A DNA stretch of 64,000 nt from an uncultured Clostridia bacterium (GCA_964599275.1 CAZRFK010000002.1:95-64094), one strand, 5' to 3'; shown: positions 9,810 through 19,885, counted from the first letter of the stretch. The notes: a model not told the origin generated them from the letters alone. Made by a program: numbers and translations.

Positions 9810-10136
9810 ATGAATTACAAGGAGAGCTGTGAGGGACGAAGTTCAGCAAAAGGCGACACTCGAATAATAGAGAGTGACACGGTAGGTGAAACCAGCCGGG
9901 AAGAATTCCTTTCTAAACTTCAGACCATTTATAAAGCTTTACAGGAAAAGGGCTATGACCCGGTTCAACAGATCTCTTATTTTCTTCTTACGGGTGAACC
10001 AGCTTATATAACAGCCCATCGTGATGCACGGGCTCTGACGAGCAGTCTGGAGCGTGACGAAGTGGTCGAAGAGTTAGTGCGTTTTTATGTTCAGCAGCAC
10101 CCTGAAATAAGCAGCCAGGACGGAATGCACGGCTAA
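9810..10136 (+). CDS. UPF0297/IreB family protein (YrzL paralogue, copy 1)
   Basis: Core [33 protein letters not shown].....LERDE..EELV matches the YrzL/IreB family; AAAGGGAGG RBS before ATG 9810. Confidence 0.7.
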   Translation: MNYKESCEGRSSAKGDTRIIESDTVGETSREEFLSKLQTIYKALQEKGYDPVQQISYFLLTGEPAYITAHRDARALTSSLERDEVVEELVRFYVQQHPEISSQDGMHG

Positions 10137-10324
10137 TCTGAGTGGGGCTTTGGCCACAGCACCCCAGAATCTTGTGAATTTTGTGACAAAGTTTCACATT
10201 CACAGGAGAGCTTCCAATTATCTTTATCTTACCATGATCCAAATCTCCCTTAATGCAGAATAAACTTCTTGCACTGCGGGATAATAACTTGCGAGGCAAG
10301 AACCCGGCGCAAGAGGTGAAATAA

Positions 10325-10876
10325 GTGAAAGCAACTGGAGTTGTAAGAAGAATAGATGACCTTGGACGCATTGTCATACCCATTGAAATCCGCAGAACCA
10401 TGCGAATTCGAGATGGTGATCCCTTGGAGATTTTCGTTGACAAGGACGGGGAGGTCATTCTCAAAAAGTACTCTGCCATAGTCGATCTCGGCTCTTTTGC
10501 GGAAGAGATGGCTGAATCCCTTTACGAAGCCTGTGAAAAGGTAACTATGATTACCGATAGAGACAGTGTGGCTGCTGTAACAGGTGCCCGCAAGAAAGCC
10601 TATTCAGACAAACGTGTCAGTGATATGATCATGAAAGCTATGGAAGACAGGATGACCATAATCCACGACGATCCATCACAACCGCCCAAGCCAATTCTTG
10701 ATGATGAAGAAGAGGGACGATTCAGTACCTTGGTCATTGAGCCCATAGTGGTCCATGGTGACCCATACGGAACGGTCATCATTGCCGGTACCACTGCTGA
10801 TGATTCTATCAGCGAATCTGAAGTGAAATTGGCGCAATCTGCCGCAGGTTTTTTGTCCAGACATTTGGCTGAATAA
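10325..10876 (+). CDS. spoVT: stage V sporulation protein T (AbrB-type N-domain + GAF domain)
   Basis: MKATGVVRRIDDLGRIVIPIEIRRTMRIRDGDPLEIFVDKDGEVILKKYS is near-identical to the B. subtilis SpoVT N-terminus; length 183 aa. Confidence 0.92.
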   Translation: MKATGVVRRIDDLGRIVIPIEIRRTMRIRDGDPLEIFVDKDGEVILKKYSAIVDLGSFAEEMAESLYEACEKVTMITDRDSVAAVTGARKKAYSDKRVSDMIMKAMEDRMTIIHDDPSQPPKPILDDEEEGRFSTLVIEPIVVHGDPYGTVIIAGTTADDSISESEVKLAQSAAGFLSRHLAE

Positions 10877-10944
10877 AATGGCAAATGCTAACCAGATAAA
10901 GTGGTAGATTGTTATTGAGGAGATAGATAGGGCGGATTCATCTT

Positions 10945-10982
10945 GTGTGATGATAAGACCGGGAATCATCTGTAGCATGGAT
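10945..10982. terminator. perfect 13-bp stem hairpin (AAGACCGGGAATC / GATTCCCGGTCTT) between convergent spoVT and DUF421 gene
   Basis: Inverted repeat read directly from the sequence; likely bidirectional terminator. Confidence 0.6.
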
Positions 10983-11131
10983 TCCCGGTCTTCATCTGTG
11001 TAGTTACCATGATGGGGCAGTGATCATTGTATTGTATGGTCAGGAATGATCCTGGTGAAGTTCTCTTCTGTCAGTTTTTTGAATTATATTAAATGCTGTT
11101 GATTTTTACACAATACACCGAGATCAATCTC

Positions 11132-11863
11132 TTATTGCAAAAGCTCCCATATGTTTCTCTGGTGAGTTTGCTCCTGTATGAACAGCTTACCATTGCGATC
11201 TATTGATGCCACCAGTAGGTTTTCAATGTCCGACACTCCATTTTTTTCTAATTCCTGATGTAGCCAGTCCTCATCATTTCCAAGAGCCTGGAGTCCCTGT
11301 TTGTTAACTTTTCCATCCACTACTAACAAGGCGGGGAGATCTTCTTTTGGAAGGTTCATTCCCATATCAGATGGTTGGACGGCTCTTGAATTGGCTTTGG
11401 GCAGCACGCTGAGTTTTCCCGACATTTCAAGGATTGCAAATTCAACATCGTTGAGGGCCGGGGTTTTTTGCAATCTCAACTGCTCGATTAACTCATAAAT
11501 TGTATACCTTGAACGACGCATGTTTTCTTCGTTTATTTTTCCATCTTCAATTAAGAGGGTAGGTCTTCCGTTTATCAGGCTTTGTAATTTCTTGGACTTC
11601 AAGCTGATTATAGAAATTATTATTTGTAAACAGGTTAGAGTTACAATTGGAATTAACCCCACCAGCAGAGGGTCCTCCAAAGTTTCAATGGAGTTAGCGG
11701 CAGATTCTGCAATTAAGACAGAAACAACCAGATCAAATGGGGAAAGCTGCCCCACTTCTCTTTTACCCATTATTCTAAGCAGAATTAAAATTGCGAAGTA
11801 GAAAAAAACAGTTCTTAAAAAAACAAACCATAGATCTTGCAATACAGTTTTCCTCCTCATCAT
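11132..11863 (-). CDS. DUF421 (YetF/YdfS-like) membrane protein, spore-associated family
   Basis: Two N-terminal TM helices plus ..GKR..GQLSPFDLVV motif of DUF421; start uncertain (ATG 11863 or internal TTG after AGGAGG). Confidence 0.65.
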   Translation of the reverse strand: MMRRKTVLQDLWFVFLRTVFFYFAILILLRIMGKREVGQLSPFDLVVSVLIAESAANSIETLEDPLLVGLIPIVTLTCLQIIISIISLKSKKLQSLINGRPTLLIEDGKINEENMRRSRYTIYELIEQLRLQKTPALNDVEFAILEMSGKLSVLPKANSRAVQPSDMGMNLPKEDLPALLVVDGKVNKQGLQALGNDEDWLHQELEKNGVSDIENLLVASIDRNGKLFIQEQTHQRNIWELLQ

Positions 11864-12008
11864 ATGTGTTAATATTTGTTGGGATATGTGCCCTGTACTG
11901 GATGTCAGGACTGATGCAAGTTTCAATTGGTATTATGACCATGCCGATTGCTTGCAATACTATAGGTGCTGCCCAAAACAGAATCCCAACACCTAGGGAG
12001 GGTTAAAG

Positions 12009-12203
12009 ATGGCCAAACTGATGAGTGAGCGACTTAAATATGAACTGGCCAAGGAACTCGGTGTGGATCACCTTCTCAGAAAAAACGGTGGCGATTGGGG
12101 TGAAATGCCATCCAGAGCCTGTGGTTCACTGGTGCGGGCTGCAATAGACCGCGCTGAGCGCGCTTTGGTTCAGCAACAGGAGGGCAGCGGCAGGGGACAA
12201 TAA
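12009..12203 (+). CDS. small acid-soluble spore protein, alpha/beta type
   Basis: 64 aa; KYELAKELGV ... RAxGSLV.....RAE..L matches the SASP alpha/beta signature; GGGAGGG RBS. Confidence 0.8.
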   Translation: MAKLMSERLKYELAKELGVDHLLRKNGGDWGEMPSRACGSLVRAAIDRAERALVQQQEGSGRGQ

Positions 12204-12230
12204 AATCCCCTGCCTACATAATTTATTTTT
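12189..12230 (+). terminator. rho-independent terminator overlapping SASP stop codon
   Basis: GGCAGGGGA-caataaaa-TCCCCTGCC followed by a T-rich run. Confidence 0.7.
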
Positions 12231-12294
12231 GAACTTGCAATGAAAAAACCCTGCATGTATAATTTTGGAAACGGCCCAGAGTAAAGTGATTTTT

Positions 12295-12921
12295 ATGTTA
12301 TCTGCAAGACGAATATTTACTGCAGCTGCAGTGGTTATTTGTTTTCTCCTTGTTTCTGCCGTCGCCTCCAATATGAATATACCTACCAGGAAATTAGGCA
12401 ACCCCCTTATATGGCTCGATCTGATTACGGGGAGAAGGTCTCCAGTATCCCAGGTTGATGGCAAGAATCTATCATTATCAGTAGATGTCAGCACAGTATT
12501 TGATACAATTCAGCCTGGGGTTTATATTGAGCCGACCTCAACTCAAAAAGACAGCGGTAGAGATTCTGGCGTGGACTTAATTTCCCAGATTACTGCAGCC
12601 GAACATCCTCTATATGTAAGCAATGAACGAATTCATCTCTTACCTGCCAAGTTTTCTTTTCCGATAAATGAATCTTTCTTTTCGGAAGTCACCCTTGTTG
12701 TTGAGTCTATCACCACGAATGGAACTGTTGTTTTACATTTGAATCAATTGAAGATAAAACTGAATCCCGGTGAATCGACCACGGTTGGAGTGACCAAAGG
12801 GAAAGAAGGAGCACTGCTGTATTTTGAATCTCAAACTATTTGGGAGAAACGTTTAAACAAATCTCTTACAGCTCAGAGACCGGTGGGAGTCTGGCAAATA
12901 ACCAACACTGGATGGAAATAA
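12295..12921 (+). CDS. hypothetical secreted protein (signal peptide)
   Basis: N-terminal hydrophobic signal-like segment; no known domain; ORF may start at 12265. Confidence 0.4.
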   Translation: MLSARRIFTAAAVVICFLLVSAVASNMNIPTRKLGNPLIWLDLITGRRSPVSQVDGKNLSLSVDVSTVFDTIQPGVYIEPTSTQKDSGRDSGVDLISQITAAEHPLYVSNERIHLLPAKFSFPINESFFSEVTLVVESITTNGTVVLHLNQLKIKLNPGESTTVGVTKGKEGALLYFESQTIWEKRLNKSLTAQRPVGVWQITNTGWK

Positions 12922-12949
12922 AAACCCGCATACGGGGGAGGAGCCGAAT

Positions 12950-15133
12950 TTGTCGTTAAAAAGAAGGTTTTTCAAGGTAATAAGTGCTGGAATAATAATT
13001 TTACTTTTGAGTAACTTCGTAGGCGGCGGCCGTGTTTCTGCATATAATCCCTCAGCAGAAGGAGTATTTGTGGTTGCGTCATCACCCTACAATGATGTCT
13101 CGGAACTAACCAAGGCCCTGGAAGAACTGGGATTTTGTTCGCACAAAGGGACGCTAAAATTGCTACCACTCAGTGGTTCTTTCGCTGATAAGGTGGCCCA
13201 ATTGAAAGATTATGAACGAACAGAACTGCCAGATGGTTTGCAGTGGAGAATTGTGTCTGTTGGAGGCAGTTCACTGCCAGTGCGGTGGTGGCTGACGGAG
13301 GAAGGGACAAGCAGCCGAGTTTCACAGGTTGTGTATGTGGCAGCACCGAATAAGGGTTCGGTTACCGCAGAGATGATATATGGTGAACTTCGTTCGCAGG
13401 GGGCATTGCAGTATCGAAGTGCTACCGGGTTGCAGCGCCGAACACGCGATCCTCAGTGGTCACGCCCTGCCTTTACCACTATTGATGAATATTTGGCCCT
13501 CCGGGGCAGAAATCTTTTTGAACCGCTTTATTATCAGTTCTTGGTCAGAGAGAAGCTATCCCTGGAGTCAACTGGTCCCGAGAGTGCAAGAAGTTTCTTT
13601 GGATGGTTGGCAATGAATTATCCTGCGAGGTTGGCTAATTATCTATCAGATGCAGAGACTCCTTTACAATGGGACGGGAGAATCAAAGGACTTCATTCAG
13701 GGTCACCCGGTAGAATGCTTACCTGGGGCTATCTGGATTTTCTATCCGCAGCGGCCGCCCGCTACTCATATACCACATCAATTGCTCCCCAGAAAGTTCT
13801 GACCGAGGATATCATCACTGATATCCCCGTGGTTGGCGACTGGCGGGCTGCTGTTTTGGAGTTTGTTCGGCGAAGGTTAACCAGATTTGCTCGCCAGTAT
13901 GTTTTACCCCGGTTGGGAATATGGAGTCGTCATCGAGCTTTGAACTGGCTGCAGGAACAGATGCACGTCAATGAGAATACACTGCTTTATCAGATTCCCG
14001 GGGAGATTTCTATCCCCTGGAGCGGGGGAGAGCTAACTATACCTGCCAACCAATTATTGTCCGATCTCAGAAAGCGAGAAGAGAATTCCACAACGCCTAC
14101 AATCCAGCAAAATGCGATAGCTTTACGGGCTCCTAATGTATTGAAGATTGCTAATGCTGATGTTGGCCCTAACGATTGGTGGACCGAGCTGCACTCGGCT
14201 TCAATGACGCCAACAGGGACTGCTTCCGGGCGTGAGGTTTTTGTGCCTGTGGGGGGAGCTGCAGGCTCAGATGAACAGGTAGCGGCAGAAGTTACCCGTA
14301 CTCTGGGCTTTCAATCTGCTTCGGCCGGTTCGATGAGGCTGTCCAGAAGGCTTCTTCAGGCAGTAGAGCATTTAATTCAGATGCTTTGGAACTCAGAGTC
14401 ATCTGAGACCAATTATAATGAAGATTATGAAGCGTACTTTGAGGATTCTATGGAGAAAGGAAGAGCGCCTGTTAAGAAGGGTAAGGCAGCAACATCGTCT
14501 GAGATGGAAGAACCTGCTGAAAGCACTTCGACTGAGCAGATTCCTCAGATTACTGCAGTTTATCGCAATAAGAATACCACCCTCAAATCACAGTCCCGCT
14601 TATACCATACCCACTGGGTCTGGGACTTTGGCAATGGAGAGAGATACGTATGTGACGACTCCAGCAATATCAGCGGTGAAAAGGTATATGAGTTTGAGGG
14701 AGCTGGACAGTATCCAGTTTCTGCAACATCTTTTGCTTCTGATGGCAGGGAATTGCAAAATCACGAATGGTTGATCACCATACCTGAAGATGCTTCTACC
14801 TATGAAAAGCTATTCCAATACAATACCGTTGAAGAGATCGTGCCGGATATTCAACTCCTCGGACCAGCAGCATGGGTAACAGGCAAACCCGCTCACTATC
14901 AGCTGGATGTTCAGGTTGATCCTCCCCAACAGGTGGAAAATCTACAGATTGTGTGTTATCCGGAATGCAGGTTTGAAGTGGTCTGGGAAAGACCTGGTGA
15001 ATTTGAAGTCAAGGGAGCGGTGAACTTGAGATACAGCTGGCGTTTTCCCGATGGAACGTCCAAATATTTCTCTGTTATCTATGTGGAGAAATGTTCAGTG
15101 GAAGTCCTGGGTACAACCTTACTTAATAGGTAG
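12950..15133 (+). CDS. large secreted hypothetical protein with C-terminal PKD-like domain
   Basis: TTG start after GGGGGAGG; signal peptide; WDFGNGE motif typical of PKD domains near residues 540-620. Confidence 0.5.
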   Translation: MSLKRRFFKVISAGIIILLLSNFVGGGRVSAYNPSAEGVFVVASSPYNDVSELTKALEELGFCSHKGTLKLLPLSGSFADKVAQLKDYERTELPDGLQWRIVSVGGSSLPVRWWLTEEGTSSRVSQVVYVAAPNKGSVTAEMIYGELRSQGALQYRSATGLQRRTRDPQWSRPAFTTIDEYLALRGRNLFEPLYYQFLVREKLSLESTGPESARSFFGWLAMNYPARLANYLSDAETPLQWDGRIKGLHSGSPGRMLTWGYLDFLSAAAARYSYTTSIAPQKVLTEDIITDIPVVGDWRAAVLEFVRRRLTRFARQYVLPRLGIWSRHRALNWLQEQMHVNENTLLYQIPGEISIPWSGGELTIPANQLLSDLRKREENSTTPTIQQNAIALRAPNVLKIANADVGPNDWWTELHSASMTPTGTASGREVFVPVGGAAGSDEQVAAEVTRTLGFQSASAGSMRLSRRLLQAVEHLIQMLWNSESSETNYNEDYEAYFEDSMEKGRAPVKKGKAATSSEMEEPAESTSTEQIPQITAVYRNKNTTLKSQSRLYHTHWVWDFGNGERYVCDDSSNISGEKVYEFEGAGQYPVSATSFASDGRELQNHEWLITIPEDASTYEKLFQYNTVEEIVPDIQLLGPAAWVTGKPAHYQLDVQVDPPQQVENLQIVCYPECRFEVVWERPGEFEVKGAVNLRYSWRFPDGTSKYFSVIYVEKCSVEVLGTTLLNR

Positions 15134-15192
15134 ACATTTTGGAGTGAGGGGCAGGGGTTTGTTCCACCACCTGCCCCAAAACTGTCAGTATA

Positions 15193-16539
15193 CTATTCGC
15201 CGTGTGCTTCCCGATGCTTGAAGTATTCAAGAGCCGGTTCAGGAAACAATATGTAAGAGAGAACATCTTCAGGTCTGCGGTAATACTCATCAATTTCCTC
15301 ACGTGCCGACTCAAGTATCGGATCGAGTAGATCAGCGGGTCGACAGGTTATAGGTTCTTCGTCACCTATGACTTTCTTGCGAACATCTTCGGAAATTTCT
15401 CCAGGAGGTCTTCCGTACATTCCACGAACGTAGTCTCTGACTTCCTTGGAGACCACGCTGTACCGTTTGCCAGTGGCGACATTCATCACTGCCTGTGTTC
15501 CGGTGATCTGGCTCATGGGAGTAACGAGAGGGGGATAACCCAGTTCTTCTCGGACTCTCGGCACCTCTTCGAGTACTTCATCCCACTTGTCCATCATGCC
15601 CTGCTGTTTAAGCTGTGCCCGGAGGTTTGAGAGCATTCCACCAGGAATCTGATAGATCAGTACCTGAGCATCGATATCAGCAGGTGTGAAGAATTCTCCG
15701 TATTCTTGTCGCACACTTTTGAAGTGTTTATTGATCTGAGCAAGATGATCGAGATCCAGGCCGGTATCATGTTCGGTCTCCTGCAAGGCAGCGACCATGC
15801 TTTCGGTTGCTGGCTGGGCGGTACCTCCAGCAAACGCACTGAGACAGGTATCAATTATATCTGCACCAGCTTCAATGCACTTCAAATAAGTCATGGCACC
15901 CATGCCTGCCGTCATGTGACAGTGTATGTGGATAGGAATGCTGAGTTCGCTCTTCATTTCTTTGACCAGACGGCGCCCCATTGTTGGGGTAAGAATTCCG
16001 GCCATATCTTTGATGCAGAGACTGTCGGCTCCCATTTCCTCAAGTTCAACAGCTGTGTCGACATAATGCTCAACGTCGTGAACTGGACTGGTGGTATAAA
16101 CCACAGATGCCTGTGCGTGTGCTCCTTCTTCCTTAGTTTTTCTGATGGCCAGTTCCATGTTTCTTGTATCGTTGAGCGCATCGAATATTCGCAGAACGCT
16201 GATACCGTTTTTAACAGCCAGTCGTATGAATTCTGCTACCGCATCATCGGGATAATGACGATAGCCGAGCACGTTCTGGGCACGAAGCAGCATCATAAAG
16301 TGTGGATCAGGCAGATGTTCTCGCAGTTTACGTACCCGGAGCCACGGATCCTCTTTCAGATAGCGGAGACAGCTGTCGAAGGTAGCCCCCCCCCACATCT
16401 CAAGCGCCCAAAATCCAACTTCATTGATGTCAGAGGCCACGGGAAGCATGTCTTCTGTCTTCATCCTGGTAGCCATTCGGGATTGATGAGCATCACGGTA
16501 TATCGTATCGGTTATCTTGACAGGGCGAGATTCAGTCAT
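15193..16539 (-). CDS. oxaloacetate decarboxylase alpha-type carboxyltransferase subunit (5S/PycB-like, no biotinyl domain)
   Basis: Pyruvate-carboxyltransferase TIM-barrel motifs (ITDTIYRDAHQS, LEMWGGATFD, HxHxH-like HIHCHMTAG); 448 aa ends before any biotinyl domain. Confidence 0.82.
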   Translation of the reverse strand: MTESRPVKITDTIYRDAHQSRMATRMKTEDMLPVASDINEVGFWALEMWGGATFDSCLRYLKEDPWLRVRKLREHLPDPHFMMLLRAQNVLGYRHYPDDAVAEFIRLAVKNGISVLRIFDALNDTRNMELAIRKTKEEGAHAQASVVYTTSPVHDVEHYVDTAVELEEMGADSLCIKDMAGILTPTMGRRLVKEMKSELSIPIHIHCHMTAGMGAMTYLKCIEAGADIIDTCLSAFAGGTAQPATESMVAALQETEHDTGLDLDHLAQINKHFKSVRQEYGEFFTPADIDAQVLIYQIPGGMLSNLRAQLKQQGMMDKWDEVLEEVPRVREELGYPPLVTPMSQITGTQAVMNVATGKRYSVVSKEVRDYVRGMYGRPPGEISEDVRKKVIGDEEPITCRPADLLDPILESAREEIDEYYRRPEDVLSYILFPEPALEYFKHREAHGE

Positions 16540-16567
16540 CGAAACCTCCTAACGAAGTTCGGTTCAA

Positions 16568-16999
16568 TCAGGCTGACTCTAGGGTCAGCAAAGTGTCGCC
16601 ATTTTCAACATTTGCTCCTTTTGACACTTCGATCGATGCCACTGTGCCGCCTACAGGTGCAGTGATTTCATTCTCGAGCTTCAGCGCCTCTAAAAGCAGT
16701 ACTGTTTCACCAGCACTGACTTCATCGCCGGTGTTGACAAGGATGTCTTTCACACTTCCCGCCAGCGGAGCCTCCACTTCAGTGTCTCCTGCTGAACCTG
16801 CACTTGCTGGTTGAGTGTCTGTTTCAGCTTTCGCTTCCGGTTCTGGTTGAGGCTTTGGTTCGGTGCGCTGCTGTTGTTTTTGGGTAGTTGGACGGGGTTT
16901 AGCAGGTTGAATGTCCGGGGTATCAGACGCTTCATCTACCTCCTCAACTAATACTTCAAATTCTTCTCCATCGACAGTGATACGTAAACGCTTCTTCAT
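16568..16999 (-). CDS. biotin carboxyl carrier protein (biotinyl domain, Ala/Pro/Glu-rich linker)
   Basis: C-terminal biotinyl-domain fold with EALKLEN in place of the EAMKM motif and the flanking hammerhead-like region; N-terminal PE-rich linker. Confidence 0.72.
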   Translation of the reverse strand: MKKRLRITVDGEEFEVLVEEVDEASDTPDIQPAKPRPTTQKQQQRTEPKPQPEPEAKAETDTQPASAGSAGDTEVEAPLAGSVKDILVNTGDEVSAGETVLLLEALKLENEITAPVGGTVASIEVSKGANVENGDTLLTLESA

Positions 17000-17001
17000 A
17001 G

Positions 17002-17481
17002 TTATCTCTCCTCAACCTTTTGGATAGTGATATCTTTAGGAGATGGGCCCAGATACGATTCCACTGCTGCCGCTAGAGCGGCTACTTTTTTCTTCGGGCG
17101 ACGGGAGCTGACTCTTCTTACAGTGATTTTCTCTGGGCTAATGCCCATTGTATAGATAACAGCTGCTATTGCTGTTACGACTCTGGGATCAGCTCCCGGT
17201 GTCGTATGCCTCTGTTGCTCTTTTGCAGGCATAGATGAGGTAACTAGTCCCTCATCAGGTTCTGGTTTTGGTGACGGGGTGCTTTTTTTCGTTGTTTCAG
17301 CAGCCGGATGGTCTTCACCGGGAAATATTGAATTCAAAATAGTCATGACCGCCCACAACAGGCTGAGAACTCCAAAAACGATTATCAAACCTATTGCGGT
17401 TATCTGTAATCCCTGAACCTGAGCAGCCACTGACGCAACTAAACTGTACGTCGAAACGACTACCACTCCTTTACAAAACAT
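17002..17481 (-). CDS. OadG-like gamma subunit of Na+-translocating decarboxylase (N-terminal TM anchor)
   Basis: N-terminal helix GLQITAIGLIIVFGVLSLLWAVMTIL resembles OAD_gamma; Pro-rich linker; first gene of a three-gene operon with GAGGA RBS. Confidence 0.5.
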   Translation of the reverse strand: MFCKGVVVVSTYSLVASVAAQVQGLQITAIGLIIVFGVLSLLWAVMTILNSIFPGEDHPAAETTKKSTPSPKPEPDEGLVTSSMPAKEQQRHTTPGADPRVVTAIAAVIYTMGISPEKITVRRVSSRRPKKKVAALAAAVESYLGPSPKDITIQKVEER

Positions 17482-17982
17482 AGATTAATTCCTCAATGAT
17501 TTGAGCTCTATTCATATAGTAAAGAATCGTCGGCCCCTAGCCAAGACCTAAGAGCAGTTAATTTCAATCTAATTTGATTTTATCCAGACTTTTTTGTGTG
17601 TATCGGGTGATATCCAAAACTATTGTATATGGCAGGATAGAAGTACAGGGGATGGCAATTAAAAAATACAGAGGTGGGCAAATAGGCAGAAAAAGAAGGA
17701 GCCACCTCGCAGCGTCCTGAATAATACCTCCTGAGCGACTAAACAAAGGGGATAAGAAAGGATGCTGAAGATGGCTCAAGTGAATTGTATCAGGACCTTG
17801 CGGCAATGGAAAGGCAGAAGTATTTCGGAGATTGCGAAGATCATATGAGTGCAGTACCTGTGCATGGTGTAACATTGGTCTTGATTTTCATTTCACAGAT
17901 AAAGAAGGAAGTAGCATGGTCAAAGTGGAACAAGTTCACAATAGTATAGTGGCGGAGCATGTTCTGGAAAGGGGATTTTTGG

Positions 17983-19635
17983 ATGCAAGAAGAACTCAAA
18001 CAGACTGCTGACCTGGTCTTAAGAAATGGTCCAATATACTCAGCTGATGCTCAGAATAATGAGTTCAGTGGGATGGCCATATGTGGCAATAAGATAATTG
18101 CTATGGGAAGCAGCGATGAAATGGAACCTTTGACTGGACCGAAGACAGAAGTAATCGACTTGCGAGGTCGCTCCGCAATACCGGGAATTGTAGATTCTCA
18201 TAATCATCTTCCGACTGCAGGAGCAATGATGTCAGAGGGTATTTTGCTTTTTGAAGCTACCAGCATTTCTGAGTTGCAGGAAATTGTTAGACAGGGAGTA
18301 AAAGAGCTGCAACCAGATCAGTGGCTGCGTGGAGCGGGTTGGATAGAGAATCAATTTGATGAGTGGAGAATGCCCAATCGTTGGGATCTGGACGAGGTTG
18401 CTCCGGAGAATCCCGTTGTTTTAAACAGATTGTTTGGTATGTGCGTTGTGAATTCTCGTGCTCTTGATCTGGCCGGGATAGATAAAAATACACCCGATCC
18501 GGATCGGGGGAAAATAGACAGAGATGAAAAAGGACACCCTACAGGTGTTCTCAGGGCAGGAGCGCGCCAGCTTCTAAGGAATGCCATGCCTGAGCAGGCC
18601 GAAACTGAAGAGGTCAAAAAAAGGGAGAGATATATAAAAACGGCCGTTGACGAGTACATTCGCTGGGGAATAACCAGTCTGGTTGACCCCGGGGTAGATC
18701 CCCTTACTATGCGGGCCTACCAGAACGTAAGAGAAGACGGCAACCTCCCAATCCGGATCAACATGATGCCGGTCTGGCACGGTCTACGTGCGGAACAGGA
18801 GGAGGAACTTGAGGGACGTCTGGGCCACCTCGGGATACACACAAACTTTGGTGATGATTGGCTTCGAATCGGGGCCTTAAAAATGGCCATTGATGGCGGG
18901 CTGGGCAGTAAAACAGCTCTGATGTACGAGCCATTTCTGGATGGCACCAAGAGTGATATTCCGCTGCGGTTGAATGTTGAGCGTCTGAAAGAGTGGTTTG
19001 TCGAGGGACAATCTGCCGGTTGGTCTATTGGTATACACTGCTGTGGGGACAAGGCCCAGGATATGGCCTGTGAGGCATTTGACATGGTTATGCAACAAAT
19101 TCCTGCTGAAGATGTTCGCCACAACATAATACATGGATATTTTGCTACAGAACAGTCGCTTGATATTATGCAGCGGCATAATATTGCAGTTTCTGCTCAA
19201 CCTGGATTCATCTGGGTGGAAGGCGATCTTTATTTTGAGGCTGTCAGTGAAGAGAAGCTGCGCAAATTTAAGCCTCTTAAGACTTACAGTGACCGCGGTA
19301 TAATTGTTGCCTGCAATTCCGACATGACATCCAATCATTACAATCCCTTCTGGGGTGTGCACAGTGCGGTTACGCGTCAAACTTCTCGGGGTAAAACTCT
19401 GGGCACAGAGGAACAGGTCGACCGTATGCATGCACTCCGCATGTTCACATATAACGGAGCGCACCTGACTTTTGAAGAGGAGAGCAAGGGCTCTCTCGAA
19501 GTCGGTAAGCTGGCTGATGTTGCTGTTCTCGATGAGGATTATGGTGCTGTGTCGGATGACGAGTTGAGACAGCTGCAGGTTCAAGCAACTATTGTCGACG
19601 GAAAGGTAGTTTATCGTCGTCCCAGCTGTTGTTAG
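17983..19635 (+). CDS. amidohydrolase family (Amidohydro_3/YtcJ-like) metal-dependent hydrolase
   Basis: N-terminal IPGIVDSHNHL metal-binding motif and length ~550 aa typical of Amidohydro_3. Confidence 0.75.
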   Translation: MQEELKQTADLVLRNGPIYSADAQNNEFSGMAICGNKIIAMGSSDEMEPLTGPKTEVIDLRGRSAIPGIVDSHNHLPTAGAMMSEGILLFEATSISELQEIVRQGVKELQPDQWLRGAGWIENQFDEWRMPNRWDLDEVAPENPVVLNRLFGMCVVNSRALDLAGIDKNTPDPDRGKIDRDEKGHPTGVLRAGARQLLRNAMPEQAETEEVKKRERYIKTAVDEYIRWGITSLVDPGVDPLTMRAYQNVREDGNLPIRINMMPVWHGLRAEQEEELEGRLGHLGIHTNFGDDWLRIGALKMAIDGGLGSKTALMYEPFLDGTKSDIPLRLNVERLKEWFVEGQSAGWSIGIHCCGDKAQDMACEAFDMVMQQIPAEDVRHNIIHGYFATEQSLDIMQRHNIAVSAQPGFIWVEGDLYFEAVSEEKLRKFKPLKTYSDRGIIVACNSDMTSNHYNPFWGVHSAVTRQTSRGKTLGTEEQVDRMHALRMFTYNGAHLTFEEESKGSLEVGKLADVAVLDEDYGAVSDDELRQLQVQATIVDGKVVYRRPSCC

Positions 19636-19885
19636 GATTTTATTTTACGAGCTGATGGGTGTAAAATGACGGCGAACCGTGGTATTTTACCACAGGGGTA
19701 GATAGTGTTACCATTAATCGAACTTGTAACTTGGGATCTAGTTTCCGGTAAGATTTCTAAGACATATTCATGTTGTCAAAATCAACTGAAACAACAGACC
19801 GCTGAAATTTGGGATTAAATAATCACGGGAGGTGACAAAGGACAGGTGCGGTATCAGGTGAGATTACTTCGCACCTGCTGAACGC

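Noticed and set aside
17564-17875. 103-aa minus-strand ORF in the oad/amidohydrolase divergent intergenic region
   Set aside because: No RBS and low-complexity composition; more likely promoter/leader DNA
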